Below are positions 40,358-48,763 of a DNA stretch of 64,000 nucleotides, piece after piece. The position numbers and the translations under genes were made by a program. This DNA comes from a virus. Below the pieces are notes generated by a model. That model was not told the origin of the DNA, did not search any database, and saw nothing but the letters and a program-made list of their open reading frames with translations. The stretch's first letter is position 1. Each line of letters starts with the position of its first letter. The DNA is taken from the IMG/VR virus record IMGVR_UViG_3300037472_000016, positions 31,216-95,215 of that record. The stretch is one strand, 5' to 3'.

Positions 40358-40430
40358 GGGGGATTAGCTCAATTGGTAGAGCGCCTGCTTTGCAAGCAGG
40401 AGGTCAGGAGTTCGATTCTCCTATCTTCCA
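40358..40430 (+). tRNA. tRNA-Ala(UGC)
   Basis: GGGGGAT/ATCTTCC with G3-U70; CCTGC-TTTGCAA-GCAGG. Confidence 0.93.
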
Positions 40431-40479
40431 CTACTCACTTTAATTCGGTGGGTATGCTAAAATTAATCAGCAACACTAG

Positions 40480-40554
40480 TGGCGTATAGCTCAACGGCAG
40501 AGCAGGAAGCTGTTAACTTCAAGGTTCCTGGTTCGAATCCAGGTATGCCAGCCA
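40480..40554 (+). tRNA. tRNA-Asn(GUU), CCA encoded
   Basis: TGGCGTA/TATGCCA-G-CCA; loop CT-GTT-AA. Confidence 0.92.
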
Positions 40555-40581
40555 AAAACAATACAGAGAATGAGAGGTGCA

Positions 40582-41007
40582 ATGTCCACGGTAGCAATCC
40601 TTAACATGGGTGGCCAAGAAGTCCTTGGCATTGTTCCTATTCATAAGGCAATAACAATGATTCATAGGGGTGTAGCAAGGGTTCACACCCCATCGGGAAA
40701 TGGCAAGTTTGGTCCTTACCTGATACCAGCGGCAGTTGAGTTAATCAAATACATATTTGCTAAGTGGAAATATGACCCCGGCAACAAGAGGTATTCTAAA
40801 AAAGCTGTTATGGAAAGAGACTTTTTTCTTTGCGGGTACTGTAAGGGTAAGGCCACAACTGTTGACCACATTATCCCCAAGTGCAATGGTGGTGGTTCTA
40901 GTTGGCTTAATGTTGTAGCAGCTTGTCAAAGGTGTAACCAGAAGAAGGGTGGGAGGACCCCTGAGAGCGCTGGGATGAAGCTCAAGGTTGTTCCACACAA
41001 GCCTTAG
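40582..41007 (+). CDS. HNH endonuclease
   Basis: RD..LCGYC...TVDHIIP..GG.SSWLNVVAACQRCNQKKG. Confidence 0.9.
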   Translation: MSTVAILNMGGQEVLGIVPIHKAITMIHRGVARVHTPSGNGKFGPYLIPAAVELIKYIFAKWKYDPGNKRYSKKAVMERDFFLCGYCKGKATTVDHIIPKCNGGGSSWLNVVAACQRCNQKKGGRTPESAGMKLKVVPHKP

Positions 41008-41045
41008 TAGAAACTGGTTTACGGTCCAGTCAAAGCCGTACACAT

Positions 41046-41118
41046 GCCCTCATAGCTCAGTGGATAGAGTTGCTGGTTTCTACCCAGTCGGTCGGGAGTT
41101 CGAATCTCTCTGAGGGCG
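41046..41118 (+). tRNA. tRNA-Arg(UCU)
   Basis: GCCCTCA/TGAGGGC; GCTGG-TTTCTAC-CCAGT. Confidence 0.9.
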
Positions 41119-41134
41119 CAATGATAAAACACTT

Positions 41135-41208
41135 ACCCCGTTCGTCTAACGGCAAGACGCGAGTCTTTGGCACTCGTTATCGAGGTTCGAATCCTTGACG
41201 GGGTGCCA
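41135..41208 (+). tRNA. tRNA-Gln(UUG), CCA encoded
   Basis: ACCCCGT/ACGGGGT-G-CCA; CGAGT-CTTTGGC-ACTCG. Confidence 0.9.
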
Positions 41209-41226
41209 ACAAAAAGGAGATGGTGC

Positions 41227-41433
41227 ATGTTCAATAAATGGTATACAAGAAAGAGTTTGGATGCCGCCTTTAATCAAGGAATGGAAGCCGGAGAGAGTCT
41301 TGGAAGCTTTAAGGCCAGCGAGGAGGCGCGCAAAGCATTTAACGAAGGAAGCATTGAGTTTTGGTTAGAAAAAAATAGGGCCAAAACAATGGAGGAGTGG
41401 GAGGACTGGGAAAAAGAAAACGGCCCCCTGTAG
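41227..41433 (+). CDS. Hypothetical protein
   Basis: AAGGAG SD before ATG 41227. Confidence 0.55.
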   Translation: MFNKWYTRKSLDAAFNQGMEAGESLGSFKASEEARKAFNEGSIEFWLEKNRAKTMEEWEDWEKENGPL

Positions 41434-41512
41434 GATAAACCCTATGATTGCAATGATAAAATAAAACTGATATACTTTACGTGGGGGGAAAACCCTAAAA
41501 TTGGAGGGTGAT

Positions 41513-41779
41513 ATGGTAGGGTTTCAAACGTTTTGGAACTACGCATTTGAGCGTGCTGCAAAAACGGTAGCTCAAACAGCAGTAGCTCTATTAACAGTAG
41601 AAAGCATAATTGAAATAACTGAAATAGATTGGGCACTTGTTGGTGGTGCAGCAGCACTCGCTGGTTTAGTGTCAATCTTGACTTCGATAACAAGTTTTGA
41701 TTTTGCAGCAAACAGAACAGTAGTTTCTCAAATTAATCAAAACACTCAAGAGACAAAAATAGTCAAGGACAATCAGTAA
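41513..41779 (+). CDS. Holin (r1t-like)
   Basis: FW..AFERAAKTVAQTAVALL...DW......A.LAGLVSILTS; two TM segments. Confidence 0.82.
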   Translation: MVGFQTFWNYAFERAAKTVAQTAVALLTVESIIEITEIDWALVGGAAALAGLVSILTSITSFDFAANRTVVSQINQNTQETKIVKDNQ

Positions 41780-41793
41780 AAATAGGAGAATCT

Positions 41794-41979
41794 GTGGCAG
41801 TCTATGAATATTCTTGCACATCTTGCAAGAGGAATAGCTTGGTCACTAGAAGTATAAATGAGGGTGCCGCAGTCTCTTTATGTGAGATTTGCGGCATCTC
41901 CCTTAAGAGGATATACTCTAGTGTAGGAGTTGCATTTAATGGTGCTGGTTTTTACCGCACAGACAACCGTGGAAGGTAA
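41794..41979 (+). CDS. FmdB-family Zn-ribbon protein
   Basis: YEYSCTSC...CEICG...F.GAGFYRTD. Confidence 0.82.
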   Translation: MAVYEYSCTSCKRNSLVTRSINEGAAVSLCEICGISLKRIYSSVGVAFNGAGFYRTDNRGR

Positions 41980-42218
41980 TGCTTATGATAGACGTAGTTG
42001 AAGAAGTTGCCGCAGAAGACAAACTTGCTGCCACGGACAGGTGTGATAGCTGCGGTGCCCAGGCCTATGTTTTGGCGCTGGGGGTATCTGGAGAGCTAAT
42101 GTTTTGCGGTCACCACTACAAGAAGATACAAGCCAGCGATGCTGGAAAAGAAGCGCTGAGCAAGTTTGCCTTTGAGGTAGTTGACGAGCGTCATAGGATT
42201 AGCGCTAAGTCTTCTTAG
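41979..42218 (+). CDS. Zn-binding protein of actinobacterial type
   Basis: DRCDSCGAQAYV...LMFCGHH. Confidence 0.7.
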   Translation: MLMIDVVEEVAAEDKLAATDRCDSCGAQAYVLALGVSGELMFCGHHYKKIQASDAGKEALSKFAFEVVDERHRISAKSS

Positions 42219-42233
42219 TGTTTAGGTGATTCC

Positions 42234-42626
42234 TTGGAATATTTAGTGGGGGCTTTTTTCGGCTCGGTTATGTTCATTGTCATTAGTCTTGTCCTGAATA
42301 GGCCAAGCACCAAATCTGTGCCGGTAGTTAGGTATTCACAATCGCGTCTAATTCAGTTGATTAGCTTAACAGACATTGACTACAGTGTGTCCTATGAGGA
42401 AGACGACAGATCAGATGATGACGACGATGACGATTCAGAAGACTTTGTTGTTGTTTTCTTAGAAAACAGGGCTTACTGGATTGAGGGGGACGACTTCTTT
42501 GTTGCAGATACAGAGGAGGACGAAGTTCTCGTTGACACAAAAGCAAAAGTTGACACAATGACCATGAGTCCTGTAGAATTAAAGAAGCTAATAAAGGTAG
42601 TAGAAATATTGAGGGGTAACGCATGA
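42234..42626 (+). CDS. Membrane-anchored acidic protein
   Basis: N-terminal TM segment and a poly-Asp tract. Confidence 0.55.
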   Translation: MEYLVGAFFGSVMFIVISLVLNRPSTKSVPVVRYSQSRLIQLISLTDIDYSVSYEEDDRSDDDDDDDSEDFVVVFLENRAYWIEGDDFFVADTEEDEVLVDTKAKVDTMTMSPVELKKLIKVVEILRGNA

Positions 42627-42973
42627 TAATTGGAGTACAGGGAAGTAAAAACTTTTCGGACTATGCAATCTTTATGAGAGCTATGGGTACAGCATTAAGT
42701 TCAATGAAAGAGGGAGACTCCTCTATTGCTATCTTTTCTGCTGGACCACATAAAGTAAACAGCATGGTGTCGGAGTTCGTAAACATTTCTGAACGAGGAG
42801 TTAAGGCAAGAGGAATGTCTATTAAGATGGTTCGCTTTGCCCCTTCTTGGATTAAGTCCAACATGAGTTCTATCGATCACTTCATCTATCTCAGCTTACC
42901 TAAAGAACCATTGTCCGATCTTGTCCGTGAAGCAGAAGATAAGGATATCTTTGTTGGAGTATACAGGTACTAG
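42623..42973 (+). CDS. Hypothetical protein (SLOG/YspA-like N-terminus)
   Basis: MIIGVQGSKNFSDY. Confidence 0.5.
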   Translation: MIIGVQGSKNFSDYAIFMRAMGTALSSMKEGDSSIAIFSAGPHKVNSMVSEFVNISERGVKARGMSIKMVRFAPSWIKSNMSSIDHFIYLSLPKEPLSDLVREAEDKDIFVGVYRY

Positions 42974-43331
42974 TTTAAGCAACAGAGAGAAGTCTTTTCT
43001 TTCTGTAGCCAGGTACCTTGCAACCAAGTCAACCTCTAGGCGAAGGCATGGTGCCATTATTGTCAAGTCTGGTAGGGTTCTCGGTTCGGGGTACAACAAA
43101 GATAGAAACGACCCGCTATACGTTTCTCCTCATCACATAAAGACCCACTGCTCTCGGCACGCAGAGATTAGCGCAATTCTTGATGCCAACAGCAATGTTG
43201 GTGGAGCAGTCCTGTATGTTGCAAGAGTCAACAGGCAGGGAAAAGACAGAAATAGCAGGCCATGCCAAAGGTGTGCGTCAGTTATCGAGGTCTTGAAAAT
43301 AAAAAAAGTAATCTATACAGAAAGTGAATAA
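42954..43331 (+). CDS. CMP/dCMP-type Zn deaminase
   Basis: HGAIIV...GYN...HAE...PCQRC; start uncertain. Confidence 0.8.
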   Translation: MEYTGTSLSNREKSFLSVARYLATKSTSRRRHGAIIVKSGRVLGSGYNKDRNDPLYVSPHHIKTHCSRHAEISAILDANSNVGGAVLYVARVNRQGKDRNSRPCQRCASVIEVLKIKKVIYTESE

Positions 43332-43542
43332 CATGAATATCACATCACTTGAAAAAATGGAAGAAATTGTCAAAAACAACAAGACTCTTTCTTGGGACGG
43401 CTGGACAGTAGTTGCAAAAAAGCATTCATCCTCGGCCTGGATGCGACCTAATGCAGTTTTTGTTCACGGCAAGTGGTACCAGGCAGACAGGTTTGAGCCG
43501 GGAATTTTGGGCTGGAAGATGCCTCACAGTCTTGTGAGGTAG
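43324..43542 (+). CDS. Hypothetical protein
   Basis: Coupled Trp-rich ORF. Confidence 0.55.
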   Translation: MNNMNITSLEKMEEIVKNNKTLSWDGWTVVAKKHSSSAWMRPNAVFVHGKWYQADRFEPGILGWKMPHSLVR

Positions 43543-43546
43543 CCCA

Positions 43547-43834
43547 TTGAATAGGCATGAATGGAAAGACAAGGCTAGCTGTCTTTCTAGAGATACCAAA
43601 GATATGTTTGAGGGTTATGAAGAAGACCCAGACCTTAGAAAGCAGATAGACTCCATGTGTGGGGCCTGTCCTGTTCGAAAGGAATGCTTTGCCGTAGGGG
43701 TCTCACAAAAAGAGTGGGGCGTTTGGGGCGGGGTATACATTGAGAATGGCAAAATCTCTAGAGAGTTTAACAATCACAAGACCAAAAAAGACTGGGCAAT
43801 AACCTGGCAAAACCTAACAATGGATACAGAATGA
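43547..43834 (+). CDS. whiB: WhiB-family transcription factor
   Basis: W...ASC...C.ACPVRKEC...GVWGG. Confidence 0.9.
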   Translation: MNRHEWKDKASCLSRDTKDMFEGYEEDPDLRKQIDSMCGACPVRKECFAVGVSQKEWGVWGGVYIENGKISREFNNHKTKKDWAITWQNLTMDTE

Positions 43835-44088
43835 GTGAAGACTCTACGCTATACACACCATCTATGAGGAGAGCATTCAGAAGCGTTCTAGCGCCCAAGG
43901 GCCTAGATGTGTCTGTGGCAGAGCATTCCCATCAGGGAACGCTGCTCTTCTTAGAGCTAATCGTTAGCGAAAAGCAAATTATGTCTCTGGGGGTTGACAA
44001 CCAGAGGAGGGCAATGGTATATTTAATGAAAGTCTCAGACGCTCTTATGCAAGAGGGTGCCGTCGTTCAAATATCTAGGAGTGAATAG
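43831..44088 (+). CDS. Hypothetical protein
   Basis: Coupled ORF. Confidence 0.5.
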   Translation: MSEDSTLYTPSMRRAFRSVLAPKGLDVSVAEHSHQGTLLFLELIVSEKQIMSLGVDNQRRAMVYLMKVSDALMQEGAVVQISRSE

Positions 44089-44468
44089 TGCAATTTGATT
44101 GGTTAAGCCTCACGGCTTTTATTATATACTCTGTTGTTCTTACTGGAATGTTTGTCTTGCTGATGATTCAGCAGGCAGGTGCCAGAAGGCTTAAGGAACA
44201 AAGAGACCAAGCACTCATTGATAAGTTTTTTCTCTATGGAGAAATTCAAAACTTTAAAGATGCTGGCGGCGTATCCGAGTCCGAGTCTTTTATTGCTTAC
44301 CTATCTAATTCTAGAGAGTCTGCTTACGAATACATTGCAGAAGTACAGACAGAAATTAAGGGGTTAATTGTTGCCTGGAACGGTCTTAGTCAGCCTCCAG
44401 CATCACCGCGATTAAATGATGCGTACCAAAATCTGGTAGCCATGTTGCCGAAAGGAAAAGATGACTAG
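44088..44468 (+). CDS. Membrane-anchored protein
   Basis: N-terminal TM segment. Confidence 0.55.
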   Translation: MQFDWLSLTAFIIYSVVLTGMFVLLMIQQAGARRLKEQRDQALIDKFFLYGEIQNFKDAGGVSESESFIAYLSNSRESAYEYIAEVQTEIKGLIVAWNGLSQPPASPRLNDAYQNLVAMLPKGKDD

Positions 44469-44778
44469 TCTAATTGCAGCAAAAAAACAAACAGAGGTTA
44501 GGGCTGTTCAGCTTTGTTGGGCAGACATGGATGATGTGTACGGGGTTCTTTGGGAAATAATTAACCCATATAGCCTGTACAAGATTGGACCAGAAGACGT
44601 AAGCGACACATGCAGAGAGCACGGTCCAGAATATCTTGCTCTTGAGGTTCCTACGAAAGATGGAGTATCTGTTGCTGTGCATGGAGATTACATAATCAGG
44701 ACAGATGAGGGAGACTTCTCCATACTTCATCCAAAAGTCTTTGAGAAGGAGTACGATATCATCACAGAACTGCCATAG
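44461..44778 (+). CDS. Hypothetical phage protein
   Basis: VPTKDG.....GDYII....G.F....P..FEKEY, a motif common in phage proteins. Confidence 0.6.
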   Translation: MTSLIAAKKQTEVRAVQLCWADMDDVYGVLWEIINPYSLYKIGPEDVSDTCREHGPEYLALEVPTKDGVSVAVHGDYIIRTDEGDFSILHPKVFEKEYDIITELP

Positions 44779-44785
44779 CTATACC

Positions 44786-44828
44786 GCGTGAACGGCATAC
44801 CTCAAGGTTCGAGTCTTTGGCACGCACA
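44786..44828 (+). pseudogene. tRNA remnant / minihelix (T arm + partial acceptor)
   Basis: GCGTG...CAAGG-TTCGAGT-CTTTG-G-CACGC-A. Confidence 0.35.
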
Positions 44829-44891
44829 CGCTAGAACCACAGAATTACCACACCACAAACTAATTCATATTGTGACAGGAGAATATTCGTA

Positions 44892-45107
44892 ATGCGTATT
44901 GCAAAAATTGTAGTTGATGGACATGACCCAATTGTTGTAGAAATCCCAGATGTAACTTATGAGGGGTTAGCAGGCAAAAACTCTTACTTTCATGCTGGTC
45001 AATGGAGTTTTAGTGTCTATGACGATGGAGACCCCGAGCATGTGAAGTCCTCAATTGGTTCATACATTGCTTGGCACCTAGTTCTTGAAGGAATGGAAAG
45101 GCCATGA
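44892..45107 (+). CDS. Hypothetical protein
   Basis: AGGAG SD. Confidence 0.5.
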   Translation: MRIAKIVVDGHDPIVVEIPDVTYEGLAGKNSYFHAGQWSFSVYDDGDPEHVKSSIGSYIAWHLVLEGMERP

Positions 45108-45253
45108 TGGAGTTTCTCGGCTATGCTGTGTCCGGTATTCTTTTAGCTCCAGTAGCTCTTCTAGTCGTTATGCTTTCTTCTGGATTCCTGTTTGGCCTAT
45201 CTGAACGAAGAGAAAGAAAGAAAAAAGAAAAGGGTGGCCGTCATGCCTCTTAG
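45104..45253 (+). CDS. Small membrane protein (49 aa, not in the ORF track)
   Basis: ATGA overlap with the previous gene; single TM segment then a basic tail. Confidence 0.5.
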   Translation: MMEFLGYAVSGILLAPVALLVVMLSSGFLFGLSERRERKKKEKGGRHAS

Positions 45254-45482
45254 CGTAGAAATAAAGATAAACGGAATTTCTTTAGAAACAATTCACATTG
45301 GTAGAATGGCCAGCGGAGGAACTCGACCCAATGATATAAATAATTACTTAGTCGTCAACGGGCAATTCCCCTCCAATTATGAGGCTTGGAACCATGATGG
45401 TGTGCAGTTCCAGCATAGATACGGAGATGGTGCCGTCGAGTGCGTCAGGCTTGCTCTGCAAGCGCTAAAGGAGAAGATATGA
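45243..45482 (+). CDS. Hypothetical protein
   Basis: MPLSVEIKING...HRYGDGA; coupled. Confidence 0.55.
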   Translation: MPLSVEIKINGISLETIHIGRMASGGTRPNDINNYLVVNGQFPSNYEAWNHDGVQFQHRYGDGAVECVRLALQALKEKI

Positions 45483-45856
45483 ATAAGAAAGAGCCAGATG
45501 CGCCACCAGCCGCTGAGCCAGAGGGGAATGCGTCCATTGCAGGCTTTGTAAAATCAAGACCAGAGAACAATGACCACTACATCAATCAGTTTAAAAAAGA
45601 CGAGTGGTATCCAGCCATTCTAAAGGCTCACAACGATTTGACTGCCGTTGTTCCGGGGTATAACATTGACCAAATCAAGGAAAAGTTTGGCTCACTCAGG
45701 TATTACATAAGCCTTCCAGAAGAGGTTAATGAAGGCGCAAGAGCAAAAGCCTATCATATCGTAGATAGGGCTGAGGCCTGGGTTGATGGATGGGAAGCCT
45801 CCAAATGGAAGTTGACCAAGCACAAATATAAATATGCGGCAAAACAAAAGAAATAA
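45479..45856 (+). CDS. Hypothetical phage protein
   Basis: QIKEKFGSLRYY motif; AAGGAG SD. Confidence 0.65.
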   Translation: MNKKEPDAPPAAEPEGNASIAGFVKSRPENNDHYINQFKKDEWYPAILKAHNDLTAVVPGYNIDQIKEKFGSLRYYISLPEEVNEGARAKAYHIVDRAEAWVDGWEASKWKLTKHKYKYAAKQKK

Positions 45857-45866
45857 AACAAACAGT

Positions 45867-46577
45867 ATGGGAGAGTTAGTGCTAGATAAGATTAATGTAC
45901 TAGACAAGGGATACGTTCGTCTAGTTGACGCTATGGGTACCGATCTTTCGGTTGTTAATGCCGCGAGGGTATCTTATGACAAAGAAACTCAAGAGTTAAC
46001 AGAAAAAGACAAGAGGCTCATTAACTTTCTTGTAAGGGAAAAGCACACCTCTCCATTTAGGCACGCCTCATTAACGTTTGAGGTCTATGCTCCTCTCTTT
46101 GTTGCTAGGCAGTGGTGGAAGTATGCAGTCTCTTCTTCTCATGTTGACGATCAAAATGGTTGGAACGAGAGTTCCCGACGGTATATTACAGAGGATGAAG
46201 AGTTTTACATTCCATTAGAAGACCAATGGAGAAGCCGTCCAGAGAATAGCAAACAGGGTAGTGGAGAGCCAGTTAACGTAGAGATAGGCTCTAGGTTTTT
46301 TAACAGACTTGAAGAGACCGTTGCCAACGGTACCAGGCTATATCATGAAGCTATTGAGGATGGAATTGCCCCAGAGCAAGCTCGACTATTCCTTCCAGCA
46401 TATGCAATGTATGTCCGTTGGCGTTGGACAACATCGCTACAAGGAGCTATGACATTCCTTGAGCAAAGGCTTCCCCATGATGCTCAGTCAGAAATTAGGG
46501 AGTATGCCAATGCAGTCTTAGAGTTAAGCAAAGACAAGTTTCCTGTAACCTTTGAATCGTGGGGTATTTCACAATGA
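45867..46577 (+). CDS. thyX: Flavin-dependent thymidylate synthase
   Basis: [45 protein letters not shown]; alternative start GTG 45879. Confidence 0.93.
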   Translation: MGELVLDKINVLDKGYVRLVDAMGTDLSVVNAARVSYDKETQELTEKDKRLINFLVREKHTSPFRHASLTFEVYAPLFVARQWWKYAVSSSHVDDQNGWNESSRRYITEDEEFYIPLEDQWRSRPENSKQGSGEPVNVEIGSRFFNRLEETVANGTRLYHEAIEDGIAPEQARLFLPAYAMYVRWRWTTSLQGAMTFLEQRLPHDAQSEIREYANAVLELSKDKFPVTFESWGISQ

Positions 46578-47830
46578 TGAATGAAAGTCTAAGCACTGTA
46601 GATAAAGAAATCTACGAGGTATTGGAAAAAGAGTTGCACCGTCAGAGAACTACCCTAGAGATGATTGCAAGTGAAAACTTTGCTCCTGTCTCTGTGTTGG
46701 AAGCTCAGGGTAGCGTCCTTACAAATAAGTATGCTGAGGGATACCCCGGAAAGCGATACTACGGTGGCTGTGAGTTCGTAGACGTTGCTGAAAACCTTGC
46801 CATTGATAGGGCAAAGAGTTTGTTTGGTGCCGCCTATGCTAACGTACAGCCACACTCTGGCTCAAGTGCTAGTGCCGCTGTCCTACATGCACTGGCAAAG
46901 CCCGGAGATACCATTCTAGGCCTTGACCTGGCACATGGTGGTCACCTGACGCATGGCATGAGGCTAAACTTCTCCGGTACAATATACAACTCTGCTTCAT
47001 ATCAGGTAGACCCACTAACAAACTTAGTAGATATGAACCACGTTAGAGACAGGGCTAGGAAGGAAAGGCCCACTGTCCTCATTGCTGGGTGGTCTGCCTA
47101 CTCCAGGCACTTAGACTTTCAGGAGTTTAGGGATATTGCTGACGAGGTGGGGGCCTATCTTTGGGTAGACATGGCACACTTTGCTGGCCTGGTTGCTGCA
47201 AAGCTTCACCCTTCGCCAGTGCCTTATGCAGACGTTGTTTCTAACACCATGCACAAGACGCTAGGAGGCCCTAGGGCTGGACTAATCCTTAGCCGCCATG
47301 AAGAACTTGGTCCTAAGCTTAATAGGGCCGTGTTCCCTGGTCAGCAGGGTGGTCCACTTATGCATGTCATTGCCGCCAAAGCCGTGGCCCTAAAGCTTGC
47401 AGCCACAGATGAATTTGTGGAGAAGCAACAGAGGACTATTGATGGGGCAAAGATTCTTGCAAAGAGGCTTTCCGAACAGGACTGTGCAAATTCCGGGGTA
47501 GAGGTAATGACTGGTGGAACAGATGTGCATCTTGTGCTAGTAAACCTTAGTAAGTCAGACATTGATGGAAAAACAGGAGAAGAGATGTTGCACCAGGTTG
47601 GCATCACAGTCAATAGAAATGCAGTTCCCTTCGACACCAGGCCACCAATGATTACTTCTGGTTTAAGGATTGGCACACCAGCCCTAGCGACAAGGGGCTT
47701 TCAGGAGGAGGACTTCGCAGAGGTGTCTGATATTATTGCAGAAACTCTTTTGAAGAAGTCCAACAGGCACAAGCTATCTCTTCGGGTAGGCAGGCTAGCA
47801 GAAAAGTTTCCTCTTTATGAAACCCTCTAG
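46574..47830 (+). CDS. glyA: Serine hydroxymethyltransferase
   Basis: [41 protein letters not shown] (PLP lysine), SGLRIGTPA. Confidence 0.97.
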   Translation: MMNESLSTVDKEIYEVLEKELHRQRTTLEMIASENFAPVSVLEAQGSVLTNKYAEGYPGKRYYGGCEFVDVAENLAIDRAKSLFGAAYANVQPHSGSSASAAVLHALAKPGDTILGLDLAHGGHLTHGMRLNFSGTIYNSASYQVDPLTNLVDMNHVRDRARKERPTVLIAGWSAYSRHLDFQEFRDIADEVGAYLWVDMAHFAGLVAAKLHPSPVPYADVVSNTMHKTLGGPRAGLILSRHEELGPKLNRAVFPGQQGGPLMHVIAAKAVALKLAATDEFVEKQQRTIDGAKILAKRLSEQDCANSGVEVMTGGTDVHLVLVNLSKSDIDGKTGEEMLHQVGITVNRNAVPFDTRPPMITSGLRIGTPALATRGFQEEDFAEVSDIIAETLLKKSNRHKLSLRVGRLAEKFPLYETL

Positions 47831-47903
47831 CTGAACTTGAATAGTGTGTCAAAGGTTGCTACCATGGTATGCAGGCCTTCGAGTAGGTGAAAAGCCTACG
47901 CTT

Positions 47904-47977
47904 GGGGTGGTAGCATAACTGGTAAATGCAGAACGCTTATATCGTTCCGACAGAGGGTTCAAGCCCCTCCCACCCTA
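47904..47977 (+). tRNA. tRNA-Ile(UAU)
   Basis: GGGGTGG/CCACCCT with A73; GAACG-CTTATAT-CGTTC; upstream TGCTACCAT promoter. Confidence 0.85.
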
Positions 47978-48009
47978 CCCAGCAATTTTAAAACAAACAA
48001 TTAAGGAGA

Positions 48010-48642
48010 ATGCTTATGGCAGAAAAAATGGTACAAACTGGTTATGGAACTCCCGTTCAAGACGTTCCCAGGGAGCTAGAGTTGGTAAGAACTAAAGCTG
48101 CCGAAAAGCAGGCGCGGTACAGGAAAAACAAGACTGTAGTCGAAAAACAAAGTAATGAAAGATACATCAAGCAGGAAAGCAAGAGGGCCACTCGCCCACA
48201 GATCGATCAGAACGGAACCCTATATCTGGCGATAGTGCTTTCAGTCATTACGTTCTTGGCATCAGCCGCACTCGTTGCTAATGGAACTATCGGTGTGGCA
48301 GTGTTTATGGGGCTAGCTTATGACTGGCTGGCTTGGCTAGTCTTTGGTGCCCTTGAGGTAGCTATCCTAACCTTCCTGCTGTTCTATTTGATGATTGGTT
48401 CTCGTTCAGAAGACCAGGGCGGCGGAGAGAAGGTTGCAGAGCTTTGGTTTAGGCTAATGGTTGGTTTCTCTGCGATTGTTATTGTTGCAAACGGATTCCA
48501 CACTCTTGAGTTCTGGAACTTTGCTTGGCAAGAGCCTAGGATGTATGTAGGTGCCGCTCTATCAATGATCGTTCCACTGTCTTACGTGCTTGTCTCAAAG
48601 GGGCTTTCAACCGTAGTATTTGCTAAGTCTATAAAAGCTTAG
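48010..48642 (+). CDS. Four-TM membrane protein
   Basis: Charged N-terminus followed by four hydrophobic helices. Confidence 0.65.
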   Translation: MLMAEKMVQTGYGTPVQDVPRELELVRTKAAEKQARYRKNKTVVEKQSNERYIKQESKRATRPQIDQNGTLYLAIVLSVITFLASAALVANGTIGVAVFMGLAYDWLAWLVFGALEVAILTFLLFYLMIGSRSEDQGGGEKVAELWFRLMVGFSAIVIVANGFHTLEFWNFAWQEPRMYVGAALSMIVPLSYVLVSKGLSTVVFAKSIKA

Positions 48643-48649
48643 CCCCACA

Positions 48650-48762
48650 GCCCCTGTAGCTCATTGATAGAGCACCGAACGGCAGACGACAGCGGATTAG
48701 TCCTCGTAAAAGGCTACGCACTGTATCGGTTGTAGTGAGTTTGATTCTCACCAGGAGCACCA
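48650..48762 (+). ncRNA. tRNA-Thr(CGU)-like RNA with a 55-nt anticodon arm and encoded CCA
   Basis: GCCCCTG/CAGGAGC-A-CCA; D arm GCTC/GAGC; T arm GTGAG/CTCAC; long nested arm with apical CT-CGT-AA. Confidence 0.75.
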
Positions 48763-48763
48763 A

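Noticed and set aside
41046-41118. Possible amber suppressor (CTA inside the anticodon loops here and at 38886)
   Set aside because: Stem registers put TCT and CCT at positions 34-36. TAG also serves as a normal stop for many genes, so there is no sign of recoding.
41513-41779. Complete lysis cassette
   Set aside because: Only a holin is recognisable; no endolysin lies nearby, so it is probably outside the window.
48675-48729. Group I or single canonical intron in the tRNA-like gene
   Set aside because: The insert is far too short for a group I core, and the extra sequence lies on both sides of the anticodon-like loop.
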